Shown here piece after piece: positions 1 through 12,712 of a stretch of DNA of 64,000 bases. Source of the stretch: Lingula anatina (Eukaryota > Animalia > Brachiopoda). Numbering within the stretch: the stretch's first letter is position 1; each line of letters opens with the position of its first letter. Under the pieces are notes generated by a model that saw only the letters and a program-made list of their open reading frames with translations, did no database searches and was not told where the DNA came from. The stretch lies in contig CM120644.1 in NCBI GenBank assembly GCA_051362555.1, positions 16,018,534-16,082,533 on the forward strand, read 5' to 3'. Position numbers and translations under genes: made by a program.

Positions 1-111
1 TCTGTTTAAGGATTATGCAGCACGCTTTCAAGTGGGTCGGCCATAATTGATCCGCGGATGTGGTAAAGTCCGCGGATCAACTTGTTCTGAATGTGCCTCA
101 TGTGTACTAAC

Positions 112-222
112 CTTGAGGTCCTGTATCTGTACATCTGACAATTCGTCTATATCGCCTACGGTATGGTAAGCCAAGCTCTCGATACCATTGTTTTCAAATA
201 ACTTGTGAAGGATTGCCATATT
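112..222 (-). CDS. GABA-B receptor-like GPCR, coding exon 4 (gene continues beyond the left edge)
   Basis: Poly-T...AACAG acceptor and AAG|GTTAGT donor; 111 nt, phase 0. Encodes NMAILHKLFENNGIESLAYHTVGDIDELSDVQIQDLK, which fits the flytrap helix ending just before the usual DARI motif. Confidence 0.75.
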
Positions 223-415
223 CTGTTGACAAAAAAAAACACAATTATTTTTAATAAGCTTCAGAAAGGTTTTGGTTGAGTTTACCAAAACCGGTTTTTT
301 TTTGGGGGGGGGATATGTCTTCTTTGCATATGTTTAAGAAACAAATGAAATTATTTCAACGTACTGCATGCACACGCCTGTATGGTATATACATGTAGTC
401 TGGCTGTCTTTCTGG

Positions 416-419
<4 letters not shown>

Positions 420-490
<71 letters not shown>
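420..490. repeat. Compound (CT)n(AT)n microsatellite
   Basis: Direct reading. Similar simple repeats occur at about 16650-16760, 39515-39630, 44445-44482, 46987-47041, 49941-49988, 51419-51464, 51581-51654, 52294-52340 and 63763-63817. Confidence 0.95.
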
Positions 491-494
<4 letters not shown>

Positions 495-497
495 TAC

Positions 498-659
498 CTC
501 TTGACATTCATATCCAATGGTGGCGACTCGTTTCCACCCATAGTGCTGTACAATGGCCAAATAAGCTTTTAGATAAGAACCCATGGTCGGAATGTTCCTC
601 CAAAACGTACGATAGATGTCTCTCTTCGATAGCTTCAGACGTGCAGCACCATATGAGAT
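498..659 (-). CDS. GABA-B receptor-like GPCR, coding exon 3
   Basis: TTTTCAG acceptor and GAG|GTAGGC donor; 162 nt. Encodes ISYGAARLKLSKRDIYRTFWRNIP...HYGWKRVATIGYECQE, matching the SYG..LS...F.R..P...GWK..ATI motif. Confidence 0.88.
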
Positions 660-1012
660 CTGAAAACACCAAACTTGATTAAGAGAAGTTGTTTCCATAA
701 ACGAAACAACAAATAGACAGCTTACTTAATATGTTAAATGTCACAGAACAATGGGGCAATTTTTTGTGGTGACAGAAGCCGGAGATCATGTTATCCAGCC
801 CATCTAAGAAATCTGTTCTAAGAGCATAGAATAATTGCGGACCAACGAGTATGGTCGATATACTTGAAAGCTTACTTGGTAATCCCGGGAGGAATCCATT
901 CAGTGTATATTAGGGGATTATTTGGCAAACGTTCAAGTAGGACGGCCATATTTGATCCGCGGATCTGTTAGTCAGCAGCTCAACTCGGATGTGAATGCGG
1001 CTTCGGACGTAC

Positions 1013-1150
1013 CTGAATGAGATTGAAAAAGGGAGTCGTCTGAGCAGTGGCAACCGTGGATACACTGCACCCTCCACCTATCACCATTATCTTTTGGGGT
1101 GGACGTTGGATAGCTCTAACCAGAGCCGCGGCGGCAGCTCCATCATCACA
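1013..1150 (-). CDS. GABA-B receptor-like GPCR, coding exon 2
   Basis: TTTCAG acceptor and CAG|GTACGT donor; 138 nt. Encodes CDDGAAAAALVRAIQRPPQKIMVIGGGCSVSTVATAQTTPFFNLIQ, matching the GABA-B KIxxxGxGCS...NLxQ motif and in frame with exon 1. Confidence 0.88.
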
Positions 1151-1164
1151 CTGAAATAAAGGTG

Positions 1165-1197
<33 letters not shown>

Positions 1198-2238
1198 AAA
1201 ATAGCCATCAAAAATAAATTAGTCACCAGTGGCCTTGTTGGCAGTCACCTTCTGGTGGAAACCCGTAGGACAAGTAAGTAAAACGTATAAACCAACCTAA
1301 ACCATTTATTCACAGATGTAAAGAATGCGTTTTAAAATAATAATCCATTAGCCATGAGGCGTATTCCCAATCAGGTGAACAAAAAGTCGGTTAAAGTTGC
1401 GTGAGTGCATTATTATCCTCAATTAATTTGTAAATGGATCCGGAGACAAACTCTACCGGGAGATGCGCCCTATGCTTTATCAATTAAGCACTGTTGACCG
1501 CAAAAAATGGATGAATGCTTTAAAAGTCAGCTCTTGTTGGTATGAGCAAAAAGACAGAACTACCTGTAACACACATTTTAAGAGACTTGGCTCGATTTTT
1601 CACATATTATAATTGGTAAATGGACCCCTCCCCCCCCCCCTTAAAAAAATAATAAATAAGCACGTCGCTTCATCGAACAGGGGGAAACTCTATTTCTTTG
1701 CCATCTATGCGCAATTTTGCGGAAAATACCATCGAATTGTCTTTGTCTATGCAGTGAGTAAACTTTCAGGGCAAATGCTAGCATGTTGACGCTGTCCTGC
1801 CCTGTACTAACTACCTGTACTAGCTAACCTTATCCCAAAGGGAATTGAGATCCTAAGGTGGCTAATTTGATAAACCAATTATCGTCACCAGTGGGATTTG
1901 AACAGTCACATCTATCAGCATGAAAACTGTCAAACATTGGCTTGCCGTCTCGTGGGAGGAGATAATTTGTTATGGGTCTTAATTATGTCGCCAGGGAAAC
2001 ACAAATGGTTTTAAATAATTCCAAGCAGTTCTGGGCGATGCAGGGCACCATTGTCCTTTGTAAATATTAAATAATTTAGTTCTAAACATTTCTCTTGACG
2101 TACAGACAAATATGTTATCATACCCGTACTTCATTTCGAAAGGAGATATCGATATGAAGTATTTCATTTGAGAAGGTTAAAAGTGTTTTAAATTAAGAAA
2201 GATGATAACCTATCCAGGATATGCAGACATACAAAATA

Positions 2239-3623
2239 CACACACTGGACAAAAGAAGTGTCACCTCCTAACTCAGAGTAATAAAAGTAGGCAGATCTTG
2301 GGTACTTATAATGCCTGGTCTACTTATAATGTGACTAATGAGTATAAAACCGCTATACCATGGAATTGTATTGTTGGTCTTGTACATGTACAGCAAATGT
2401 TATTCCTGTCTTCCTCCAATATGGCAAGATACAGACAATTATCTAACGGTTATAGGTGCAAGTTATTAACCTGAAGAGGCGGAATATAAGCTATGTCAGA
2501 ATATCGATACAATTGAATTGTTCAGTCAGAACCGTGCAGAGGGTCTGGTCTCGGTATAGAAACACTGGATCAAGAGACAAATTGCCTCTGATGGGTCGTC
2601 CAAGAAAAAATACTGGCCGTGAAGACCGACGACTGATTTTGATGTCCGGGTTTTCAAAGTTCGAAACTGCTTGTCAGTTGACAACACAGTGGAACAATTT
2701 CACACATAAGAATATGTCTGTGAAAATTGCTAGGCGTCGGTTACATGCTCAGAGAGTGTACAGCAGGGTAGCAAGACTGAGACCTCTTATATCGTTACAA
2801 AACAGGCAACGTAGAGTAAACTAGGGTCAACAGGATCTGGAACTGGACAGTTCATGACAATTGGTCCTATATATTTTTCTGATGAGTGTCGCTTTAGTCT
2901 GACCTCTGATGACAGACGGGTACTATGCTGGCAAACTGCTGGTAAAGCAATTGAACCACATGCACTGAATTTTTGAACCCGGAGCAGCATATTCATCATG
3001 GTGTGGGGCTGCATCAGCATCCATGGCTTGGGCGAATTGATAGTGGTTAATGGAAACATGAATCACTAGAAATATATCGATGTTTTGGAGTCAGGCTTGC
3101 TACCATCTATTACTAACATGTTTGGTGACAGGAATTATCCATTTGTTCACCAGGATGACAATGCTCCTTGTCACAGGCCCAGAGCAGTTGATGATTGGTT
3201 TGACCAACAGGACATTTGCAGGGTGATGTGGCCTGCCCAGAGTCCAGATGCAAACATCATAGAAAATGTGTGGAATGATATGTCAAAACTTTTTACTAAT
3301 GCCCGTCTAACCAGCAGAGAAACTCTGTTATATTCATTGTTTCATGCTTGGGCCAGCATAAGCCCTGAACGCATCAGACAGTTATATGAAACCTTGCTTC
3401 GTAGACTGGCACCTATTATTAGGTCACGTGGCTATGCCACTAAGTACTAATTTTGGACTTGAAACTGCATATTTTGGTAGAATGTATATTTTGTTCTCAT
3501 TTTGTGATATTTTGTGAAATTTGATGTTAATAAAATGATACCAGGAGCATATCATTCCACAGTTATTTATCTCCCCCATAGTATTGGCTCAGTAGGGGTG
3601 ACACTTCTTTTGTCCAATGTGTG
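2239..3623 (+). mobile_element. Tc1/mariner DNA transposon, full length (~1385 bp), in intron 1 of the GPCR gene
   Basis: 27-bp TIRs: CACACACTGGACAAAAGAAGTGTCACC (2239-2265) and its inverse (3597-3623, one mismatch). TA dinucleotide on both flanks; transposase remnants inside. Confidence 0.95.
2421..3450 (+). pseudogene. Tc1-family DD34E transposase pseudogene
   Basis: ATG at 2421 (MARYRQLS) with a frameshift near 2456. Contains an HTH region with GRPRK, then FSDE, MVWGCI, QDDNAPCH and SPDANIIENVW (34 residues between D and E), ending GYATKY*. Premature stops at about 2822, 2974 and 3067. Confidence 0.93.
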
Positions 3624-4103
3624 TATAACTAAGGGAAAGCTCGGTAACAGTTTGGAACTGTCGCACTTTGGCAGGGAAGCAGTTTTACTTCAATAGATGT
3701 CTCTAAACAAGGGATTGTTAATAATGATAAATCGACTACTGTTTTATCCCTTTTTATCTAAGTTTCACTTTTTTCACTCAGTGGTCTTTTCACACAGCGG
3801 TGTAACGGAACTGAGGGTCTGTGTAACAGAAAGTCCACCATTCATTTAGTTATAATGGTTAGGGTTAGCCTGAGCTAAGTGGGTCAAAATCTAGGGCGAG
3901 GCTTAGACCACAGGGTACACCTTAGACCACATGTTAAATAAAATACGCCATATTACGTCAGTAGATGTACACATTTCTTTATTCTTTTTTTTATGTACAG
4001 ACACAGATGTGTCTGTACATATAGCCATCATCTGCGTCTGTCGTCGCCGTCGCCGTCGTCGCTGTCGCCGTCGTCGCCGTCGTCGCCGTCGCCGTGCACT
4101 TTT

Positions 4104-5060
4104 ACCGATAACACGATAAGTGGAAAACCATTTTACCTTTTGAATTGAAACTTGCAGAACTGATGAATATTCATAATACGCAGGTCAAGTTCGAAAATCA
4201 GCATGATCGGGTCACTTTTAGGGAATTTATGCTGTTTTTTTCACTTTTTTCAGCATATATGCAGCACCGATAACACGATAAGTGGAAAACCATTTTACCT
4301 TTTGACTTGAAACTTGCAGAACTGATGAATATTCATAATACGCAGGTCAAGTTCGAAAATCAGCATGATCGGGTCACTTTTAGGGAATTTATGCTGTTTT
4401 TTCACTTTTTTCAGCATATATGCAGCACCGATAACACGATAAGTGGAAAACCATTTTACCTTTTGACTTGAAACTTACAGAACTGATGAATATTCATAAT
4501 ACGCAGGTCAAGTTTGAAAATCAGCATGATCGGGTCACTTTTAGGGAATTTATGCTGTTTTTTCACTTTTTTCAGCATGTATGCAGCACCGATAACACGA
4601 TAAGTGGAAAACCATTTTCCCTTTTGACTTGAAACTTACAGAACTGATGAATATTCATAATACGCAGGTCAAGTTCGAAAATCAGCATGATCGGGTCACT
4701 TTTAGGGAATTTATGCTGTTTTTTCACTTTTTTCAGCATATATGCAGCACCGATAACACGATAAGTGGAAAACCATTTTACCTTTTGACTTGAAACTTAC
4801 AGAACTGATGAATATTCATAATACGCAGGTCAAGTTCGAAAATCAGCATGATCGGGTCACTTTTAGGTAATTTATGCTGTTTTTTCACTATTTTCAATAT
4901 AAATGCAACACTGATAACACAATATAAGAAAAACGGATTGGCCAATTGTAATTATACTCACAGGAGTGGTCAATCTTACTAAAACGCAGGTTGAGTTCGA
5001 AAATAAGCATAATCGGGCCATTACTTAAGAAGTTATACTGTTTTTTCACATTTCCTCAGA
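4104..5060 (+). repeat. 161-bp tandem repeat (5 near-identical units plus a diverged one)
   Basis: The unit start ACCGATAACACGATAAGTGG occurs at 4104, 4266, 4427, 4588 and 4749, with a diverged unit from about 4910. Confidence 0.95.
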
Positions 5061-5735
5061 TTCAATTATTAGGCATGTTAACAGTCTCATTATTTAACTA
5101 ATAAGATGCCTAAAAGTGTTTGTTTAATATTTCCTGCATCTTTACAACATTGTTAGTTGATTATGTAAAAAACATGGTAAACTTGTTATCATGTATTGTG
5201 TAATAAAGTGTCAAAAATGGAAATAAACTCATATCATTGCAATTTGTCATATTCAATCATCCACTATGTTCAGAATCTCAGAATGGAGGAAATTGGACAT
5301 TTAACACTGTTCTATTGATACTTTCCCCATCTCATCAATTTTCTTAGTTGGACATATAAAAATGGCAGTTAATTGTTAATTTTGTTTTATGTTAAAAAAG
5401 TGTTAAAAATGGAAATAAACCCATTTCAGAAAAGTGCTGTCTTGTTTACATTTTGGCATTTTCAAGATGTGACTTTGAAGTTCCATGGTCCTGAAGACCT
5501 TTGCTGGTCACATTTTCTGAATATCCATGATACTAATATTTTATTATTAAAAATTGATGGTCATTATGCTGTTAAACATTATGTAATATTGCATCAAAAT
5601 TTGAAGAAACCCCTATTTTGGGCACTGTTCCCATGATGACCATTTAAGGAAAATCATGTCACTTACTGTTCTCAAACTTACAGGATAGAAACATGCAACT
5701 AAAATACAGCTTCAGTAGGCAATGCAGTCTGTTTG

Positions 5736-5774
<39 letters not shown>

Positions 5775-8183
5775 AGTTAAACAGTTTTTTGTGAAAATTT
5801 AATTTTTCACATATTGGCATTTTCAAGGTGTGACTTTAAAGTTCCATGATACTGAAGACTTTTGCTTGTCACATTTTCTGAATGTCTATGTTACTAATAT
5901 TTTATTAATAACATTTGATTGTCATTATGCTGTTAAACATTATGTAATGTTGCATCAAAATTTGAAGAAACCCCTATTTTGGGCACTGCTCCTATGATGA
6001 CCATTTAAGGGAAATCATGTCACTTACTGTTCTCAAACTTACAGGAAAGAAACATGGGTCTAACATACAGCTTCAAAAGGCAACGCAGTCTGTTTGGTAA
6101 AATTTTCTGGCAATTTAACAGTTTTTTGTGAAAATTTAATTTTTCACTTATTTGCATCTTTATTTCACTTTTCTCAGCATATATGCAGCACCGATAACAC
6201 GATATGTGAAATACCATTTTACCTTTTGGCTTGAAACTTACAGAACTGATGAATATTCATAATACGCAGGTCAAGTTTGAAAAACAGCATGATAGAGCCA
6301 CTTTTATAGAAGTTATGCTGTTTTTTCATTTTTTTAGCATATATACAACACTGATAATACAATATAAGAAAAACAGATAGGCAAATTGTTATTTTACTCA
6401 CAAGAGTGGTCAATCTTACTAAAACATAGGTTGAGTATGAAAATCAGCATAATCGGGCCATTATTTTAGAAGTTATTCTTTTTTTTACATTTCCTCAGAT
6501 TCAATTCTTAGGCATGTTAATAGTCTCATTATTGAACTAATAAGATACATAAAAGTGTTTGTTTGACATTTCCTGCATCTTTACAACATTGTCAGTTGAT
6601 TATGTAAAAATGATGGTAAATTTGTTATCATGTATTGTGTAATGAAGTGTCAAAACTGGAAATAAACACATATCATTGCAATTTGTCATATTCAATCATC
6701 CACTATGTTCAGAATCTTAGATGGAGGAAATTGGAAATTAAACACTGTTCTATTGATATTTTCCCCATCTCATCAATTTTATTAGTTGGTCATATAAAAA
6801 TGGCAGTTAATTGTTAATTTTGTTTTATGTTAAAAAAGTGTTAAAAATGGAAATAAACCCATTTCAGAAAAGTGCTGTCTTGTTTACATTTTGGCATTTT
6901 CAAGATGTGACTTTGAAGTTCCATGGTCCTGAAGACCTTTGCTGGTCACATTTTCTGAATATCCATGATACTAATATTTTATTATTAAAAATTGATGGTC
7001 ATTATGCTGTTAAACATTATGTAATGTTGCATCAAAATAGAAGAAAACATAATTTTTGGTGTTGCTGCCATGATGACCATTATGGGAAAATCATGTTACT
7101 TACGACTCAATATTTCAAAAAAAGTTGGAAAAGCAGTCTAATTGGCTTCTTTTTCTGGAATTTATACATTTTAGTGAAATATTCATTATTATCTTTTTGG
7201 CATATTCATTGTGGGACTCAGAACTCCCATGGACATGAAGCCGAATGGTAATCAAATTTTCTACATGTCCTTGCTATTCATAGTCAATAATAAAAAATTG
7301 GTGATCATTATTCTATAAATTATTATGTAATGTTACATCAAAATTGACAAAAATATTTTTGTACTGCTTCTGCAAACATTATGGAAAGAAAACTGTGTTA
7401 CTTATTATTATGTTTAACTTACAAGTATGATTTTTAGGATTGGCATGCAGTTCAAATTAGAAAGCCAGCTCAATTGGGTTATCATTTATTATTGAATTTA
7501 TGCAATTTTGTGTGAAATTTTCATTTTTCTCATTCTGGCTCTTTCTAATTGTAAATTTGAACTTTGATGGACCTGAAGCCTTATGCTTTTACTTTCGTCG
7601 TTGTTACCTGTTCTGCATAATTAAAATTTGATATTGACTGTGCAGTTAAACATTATGTACTATTGCATCAGAATTGGCAGTCTCCTATTTTTGTGCATTA
7701 TTGTTTTGTGCTTTTCTTAAGCTGTGTCTTATGGGACAAATTTGTGTGGTCAGTCTGTAAATTCCCCTTGGGTATTCACTAGGCTAAGTTTAGTGCTATA
7801 AACTCATTTGCCTGATTAAGTGGCCATTAAATGAGATTTCATAAATCACACTTGTTGATATTTCCCTGTAAACTCCCAAAGGTTAAGCTCTCTGCTAGAT
7901 AACAGTGTCCATAATAAGGAAGCACTGAATAGCAGCTTCATTAGATTATATTTTTGTTGTTTTCTTTTTAATTTCTTCTCCAACACTGGCATTTTTAAGA
8001 TGTGACTTTCCCATCCACCTGAGGCTCTGCACAATTTCTGTATTTCCACGTAAGCAGTTGTATTGGTATTCATGTCTTTAAACACTAGTAATATTATTTT
8101 ATGCACTGTCATCATTTTTCTTATATTGGGACTTTCATCATGTGAATTTTAACTCTCATGGTCATGAAACTATAATCTTATTG

Positions 8184-8345
8184 AAGGGGTGGATTGAGAC
8201 CATCTTCTGGGTCTCCTGGAAGACAGTTAGATTTTTTATATTGATGGGTATCTATTTTTTTTCTTTTGGAAGACCATCAAAATGGAAGATGGATCAATAA
8301 AGATACTTTAGAATACTGTCAAAAATATTTCTGGATCTGCTCCTG
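8184..8345. mobile_element. MITE of the 24103 family nested inside HINE-A
   Basis: Diverged reverse complement of 24103-24271, flanked by the direct repeat TTATTG. Confidence 0.75.
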
Positions 8346-9140
8346 TTATTGACCATGTTACCTGTTGTGCATAATGAAAAATCAGTGTTGACTGACTGCT
8401 ATTATAAGCATTATTTATTGTTGCATCAAAATTGACAAAATGACCTCTTTTGCATCTTTTTTTTCTGTTTTTTGTCTGTACATTTGACAGCTTTGCTGCC
8501 TTGTTTAAATGTGTCGTCTCTGGTGGCGTCAATTGAAGAATTGAAGTTGGTCTAAGTTGGTCCCGTGAACGAACCCAGTCATTTCTAAGTAAAAGAGAAA
8601 GCAGACAGATCGCACAGCAGTGAAAACAGAAGCGACAGGTTTTAATAAAAGCACATCTGGCGGCGTAAAACCAATTCTATTTAAGTTATATTACCTGGAA
8701 AATTTGAAAATCGAAACACCCATGCAACACAAAAGTGGTCAGTAAATGGAAGCGTGTTTCATTTGAAAATGAAAGGATATTGTTCCAATTTTTTAATTTG
8801 CCATTTAAAATAAAAATACTTGTGCAACACAAAAATTGATTAGCAAAAAGGAAGTTCATTCAGCTAACGGTAAAATGCTATTGTTGCGTTTTTTCATTGA
8901 AAACTTGACCGATTTCTGTTTCACGCATTGTAATTTAACTGATAAATGATTTGGTAGGTATGTCTCAGTTGACATACAAAAGCTATAAGGCTATTATACA
9001 GTTTATCGAAAATATCATAATCACAATTAATATGAAGAGAGTTGTGAAGTAAACGTAGCTGAAAAAGGAAATATAAGTAACAAAGAACAACAAAAAAAGC
9101 GATTATAAACATGCTCAAAAATAAAAAAAAATCACAATAC

Positions 9141-9698
9141 CTTTGTATCCATAACAACATAGTTCAAATGATACCCTGGAAGGACGTTTGGGTCAGCGTT
9201 CACGTCATGAACCGCCATTTCCAAAGCTGGCACCACCCCAGCGCCATCCCAGCCCTCTTTTACGTTAATGTCAGCAAACATGACGAATGTTAAATTCCGC
9301 AAAGTGGTTGTTGACCCATTCATCGTCATCGGTGATGTAAGACGTAACTGAGAATCAGTGGACGAGGGTAGTGAAAACGGTGCAGCAGTGGTTGCAGATG
9401 ATCTGTTAAAAGCGAAAGCGGCAATAGTTGGCGACTTTGGCCTTGCTGTGGTGCCAGACGCTCCTTTTCGAGTCGTCACATTGATACTAGACTCCCGTAC
9501 GCGAGATGTCTCGTTCGTGTACGCCACATTTCCACGTATTGACTCCAATGATTGAGAACCGCTGTCCGGTTTAACCGTCCCAGAGCCTGAAGACGTCGTG
9601 TTTTCAGTCACTGTGTCACCTACTGTGAAGCCATTCACCGAAAAAAGGTTGCAAACGAACATTGTAACGAAGATCGAACCGACTCGTGGTAGATGCAT
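9141..9698 (-). CDS. GABA-B receptor-like class C GPCR, coding exon 1 (signal peptide, Ser/Thr-rich region, start of Venus flytrap domain)
   Basis: ATG at 9698 followed by a hydrophobic leader. Ends in ...GWDGAGVVPALEMAVHDVNADPNVLPGYHLNYVVMDTK, a typical GABA-B flytrap N-terminus. GT donor (AAG|GTATTG) at 9140; 558 nt, phase 0. Confidence 0.85.
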
Positions 9699-10751
9699 GT
9701 TGCAAGCGTGGCAAGATTACATTCCATGTACCATATAGTACAATGCCAAAACGTGAAACAGTGTTGGAAGTACAGCCAAACCAAGAAATCAGTTCATAAC
9801 AACTTTAAGTGCAAATCCGTGTTGTTGATTGTATGTTAAACAGTCACAGTATTTCCTTTTCATATGTGTGTCCTTGATTGATACAAAAACCCACAGGAAT
9901 AGGTTGAACAAGGTCAATACGGTTGATATTAAAAACATATCATCTAGATTAATTTGAGCTCTTCTCTCATGTCGCCCAGTTCAATGCCGACTGCCCCGCG
10001 CCTTGCGTGCTGAGAAGGCGTAGTTCGTCAGCACCTCTTTGTACATAAACCTGAAAAGCTTACAACAGAGGAAATCTGTCAATTTATTAATGAATTGCCA
10101 GACACGGAAAAATTCATCTCTAGGTCACGAATCGCTGCCATATCGAGTGCGTACCGTGGTTAACCCACACACGTGATACATGAAAAATTGATATGAATAT
10201 ACCAATGAAAAGAACTCATCAAACTGTTGCGTTGAACTTTTCGAATAAGCCAGATGGACTCTTTCTACGCTGTTTCCGTAATATGACAAGTTCGTATGTG
10301 CCTATTAGAGTTGACGTCAAGCTAACAGCTTGGTTACAAAAACAAATATTTGGGCCTTTATCTTATGTCTCAAAGCAACCACCATATAACTGACAGGTTG
10401 AAAATCAACCTGCAGATTTTTGGACTGATGCCGTGTATGTGTATTTTCTGTTGATCTGATTGCCACAGTAGATGTTCGCATTAAATATCACTCGACATTG
10501 ATCTGTCCCTGTAATTAAATACACTTCTAATTGTGCTGTTTAAAATGGAACAAGTATCATTTTCTGAATTATTTAACGGAATTGCTCTTCCGTATAAAGT
10601 GCTAAAATGACAATCAATCTTTTGGCGCCATGTAATGATCATGCGATAGTCTTAAATGGGTGTTTTATGTGTATTTCCTACATGTACTAGCCAAAGGGGA
10701 CCCATGGGAGAGGTGAAAACATTTTGTTTGCATAATTTGTGCACCTGTTGC

Positions 10752-10855
10752 ATACAATACCAAATACAATACGATACAAATACAATACAATACAATGCAA
10801 TGCAATACAATGCAATGCAATGCAATGCAGTACAATGCAATACAATACAATACAA
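10752..10855. repeat. (TACAA/TGCAA)n pentanucleotide microsatellite
   Basis: Direct reading; it explains the four overlapping spurious ORFs here. Confidence 0.95.
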
Positions 10856-12532
10856 AAATGTGCGAAACGTCCCAATATACGGCCAATAAATTTAATGTGA
10901 TCAATTACCAAAAAAATAAAGCATTTGCTATATTAAGATCTTGGTAACTGGTCATACGGCAATTGGTTATACAAGGCATTGGCTGTGCATTGGATGGCTA
11001 TTGACATCGTGGAAGAATTAAGCTCAACACCTGCGCTATACTTTATGGGTATATTTGGGTTAAAGATCGCTTAGATATGTAGTTACTCCGTGCACATATT
11101 GTTTTTCAGTGCAATGTGTGTAAAAGAGGCAAAATACTAAAATGATCTACATGCGACAAGACTTAAGCGAAAAGACACTAAAAAGACTCTTAAGACATAT
11201 GGACACAGAAGTTTCGAGATTTGTGCACCGATTTATGGTCTAATTTTATCACAAGATCTAATGTGTCTCTGGATGACTCATATTACTGTTTTAAGAAGAA
11301 TTTAAAAACTTTTTTATTTAAAGAATACTTTAATTTATAGCATCTTTTTAGTTTTTAAAATTTTTAAGTATCCTGTTTTTAGTCTATACTGGCTTTAATT
11401 TATCTGTGGAGTTTATATTTTTTATGTAAACAGCGCTGAGACGCATGTGTAGCGCGGTTTTAAAGAAGTGTTTTATTATTATTATTATGTATCTACTCAA
11501 GGTACTTGTAGTTTGTGTGTTCAATTCCCTTCTTATATATTTATTTGATTTAGTATATCAATGTCTTTTTCACCACCGCGAAAGCATGAATAAGATAAAA
11601 AGTTATGTCATGCTCCTTACCTTAATTGCAAGGGTGGTGGGCGGGGCAAATGAGAGATTAGGTCGGTTTCCTGCGATTAGTACAGTAATCGGTATCACAT
11701 TATCTGCAGAAGTGGCGCAAGCGTGATAAGATAAGACGTCCCAACTTAGCCAAGAATGCTCCTTCTGAAGAGAAAAAGCAAAAAGATTGGTCTCCTGTAT
11801 ACATCGTTTGCATTGATACACTTAATGAAGATCTGTTAATAAAATATGCATTATGTATATAGGTACTATGAAACATTATACTCGAACTGTTTGAATTAAT
11901 ACACTAAATGAAAATCTGTTTATAAAACATGCATTATGTAAGCACTATGAAACCTTACACTCAAACTGTTTATATGTGAGTCTGTTAAATTGGACACCCT
12001 ACCTCGATGGATAACCTCGTCGCTCATATTTACATGTTATTGATTTATAGAGGTAAATGTTTAAATGACACAGATGAGCACGCAAAGCATTAACTGTTAA
12101 CGAAATCTACACGGCCGCCAGCTTATACATACAAGAAACGATTTACCTACTGATCCATTCGATTATTAAGTTTTGTTCGTCAACTAACCATCAGTTAACA
12201 CAACCGGGGTTCTTAAAGGCCATGGACAATGCTTTTAACTGCCTAAAATGAAAAGGATATATATCTGAAATGGATACTAATATAGCTATACCTGAGGACG
12301 GTTTCAGGAAAGGACTTAAGCCTCCAATTTCGTCTTGATTTTCAGAGAAAAAATGTCTTAATAAATGAATGAATAATATTGCGCGTTTATAAAACAATGA
12401 GGTTATGAATAATGGTCAGTCAAATACAGTAGACTTCCATGAATTTCTCTTGAACTCAAATTGACCAAATTTTGGGTCTGAAAGTTAAGACCCATTTCAG
12501 GCTTAAGTTCCTTTGTGAAAGCGGTTGTTGGT

Positions 12533-12712
12533 CGTACCGGTGTAACGAAACAGAGGGTTTGTGTAACAGAAAGCCCGCCCCTCCTCCCATTTGGTTATAA
12601 TGGTTAGGGTTAGCCTGACAAAGTGGGTCAAAATCTAGGGCGAGGTTTACCTGTACAAAATGAATGGGAAGCGGACTCTCTATCATGGGTGACTCTCTGC
12701 CACGTTTAACCG
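12533..12712 (+). repeat. Interspersed repeat family containing GGTTAGGGTTAG
   Basis: GGTTAGGGTTAGCCTGA..AAGTGGGTCAAAATCTAGGGCGAGG is shared with about 3795-3910 and, inverted, with about 51080-51250. Confidence 0.75.

Larger units (their letters stand above)
3991..8506 (+). mobile_element. Helentron-associated non-autonomous element (HINE/DINE-1-like), family A, ~4.5 kb with internal satellite array
   Basis: The 5' end has a T-run plus the palindrome ATGTACAGACACA-G-ATGTGTCTGTACAT (3993-4020), then a (GTCGCC/GTC)n microsatellite and tandem core repeats. The 3' end has the subterminal inverse TGTCTGTACAT (8473-8483), a short stem-loop and TT. The same ends recur at 36911-39340. Confidence 0.75.

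Noticed and set aside
223-497. Possible microexon, because the exon 3-4 junction looks ~3 aa short versus GABA-B1
   Set aside because: No convincing in-phase AG...GT pair was found; a simple deletion in a divergent receptor explains it.
3858-3870. GGTTAGGGTTAG as interstitial telomere
   Set aside because: Only about two units, embedded in a dispersed repeat seen three times in the window.
3931-4119. Arg-rich protamine-like ORF
   Set aside because: It is a translation of the (GTCGCC)n microsatellite in the HINE head.
4104-4910. Regular repeat array resembling CRISPR
   Set aside because: Units are full 161-bp tandem copies with no unique spacers; the context is eukaryotic and there are no cas genes.
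5373-7251. Duplicated ORFs (87 aa and 146 aa) suggesting paralogous genes
   Set aside because: They start at non-ATG codons, lie inside a repeat duplication and show no recognisable domain.
10652-10911. Cys-rich overlapping ORFs
   Set aside because: Artefact of the pentanucleotide microsatellite.
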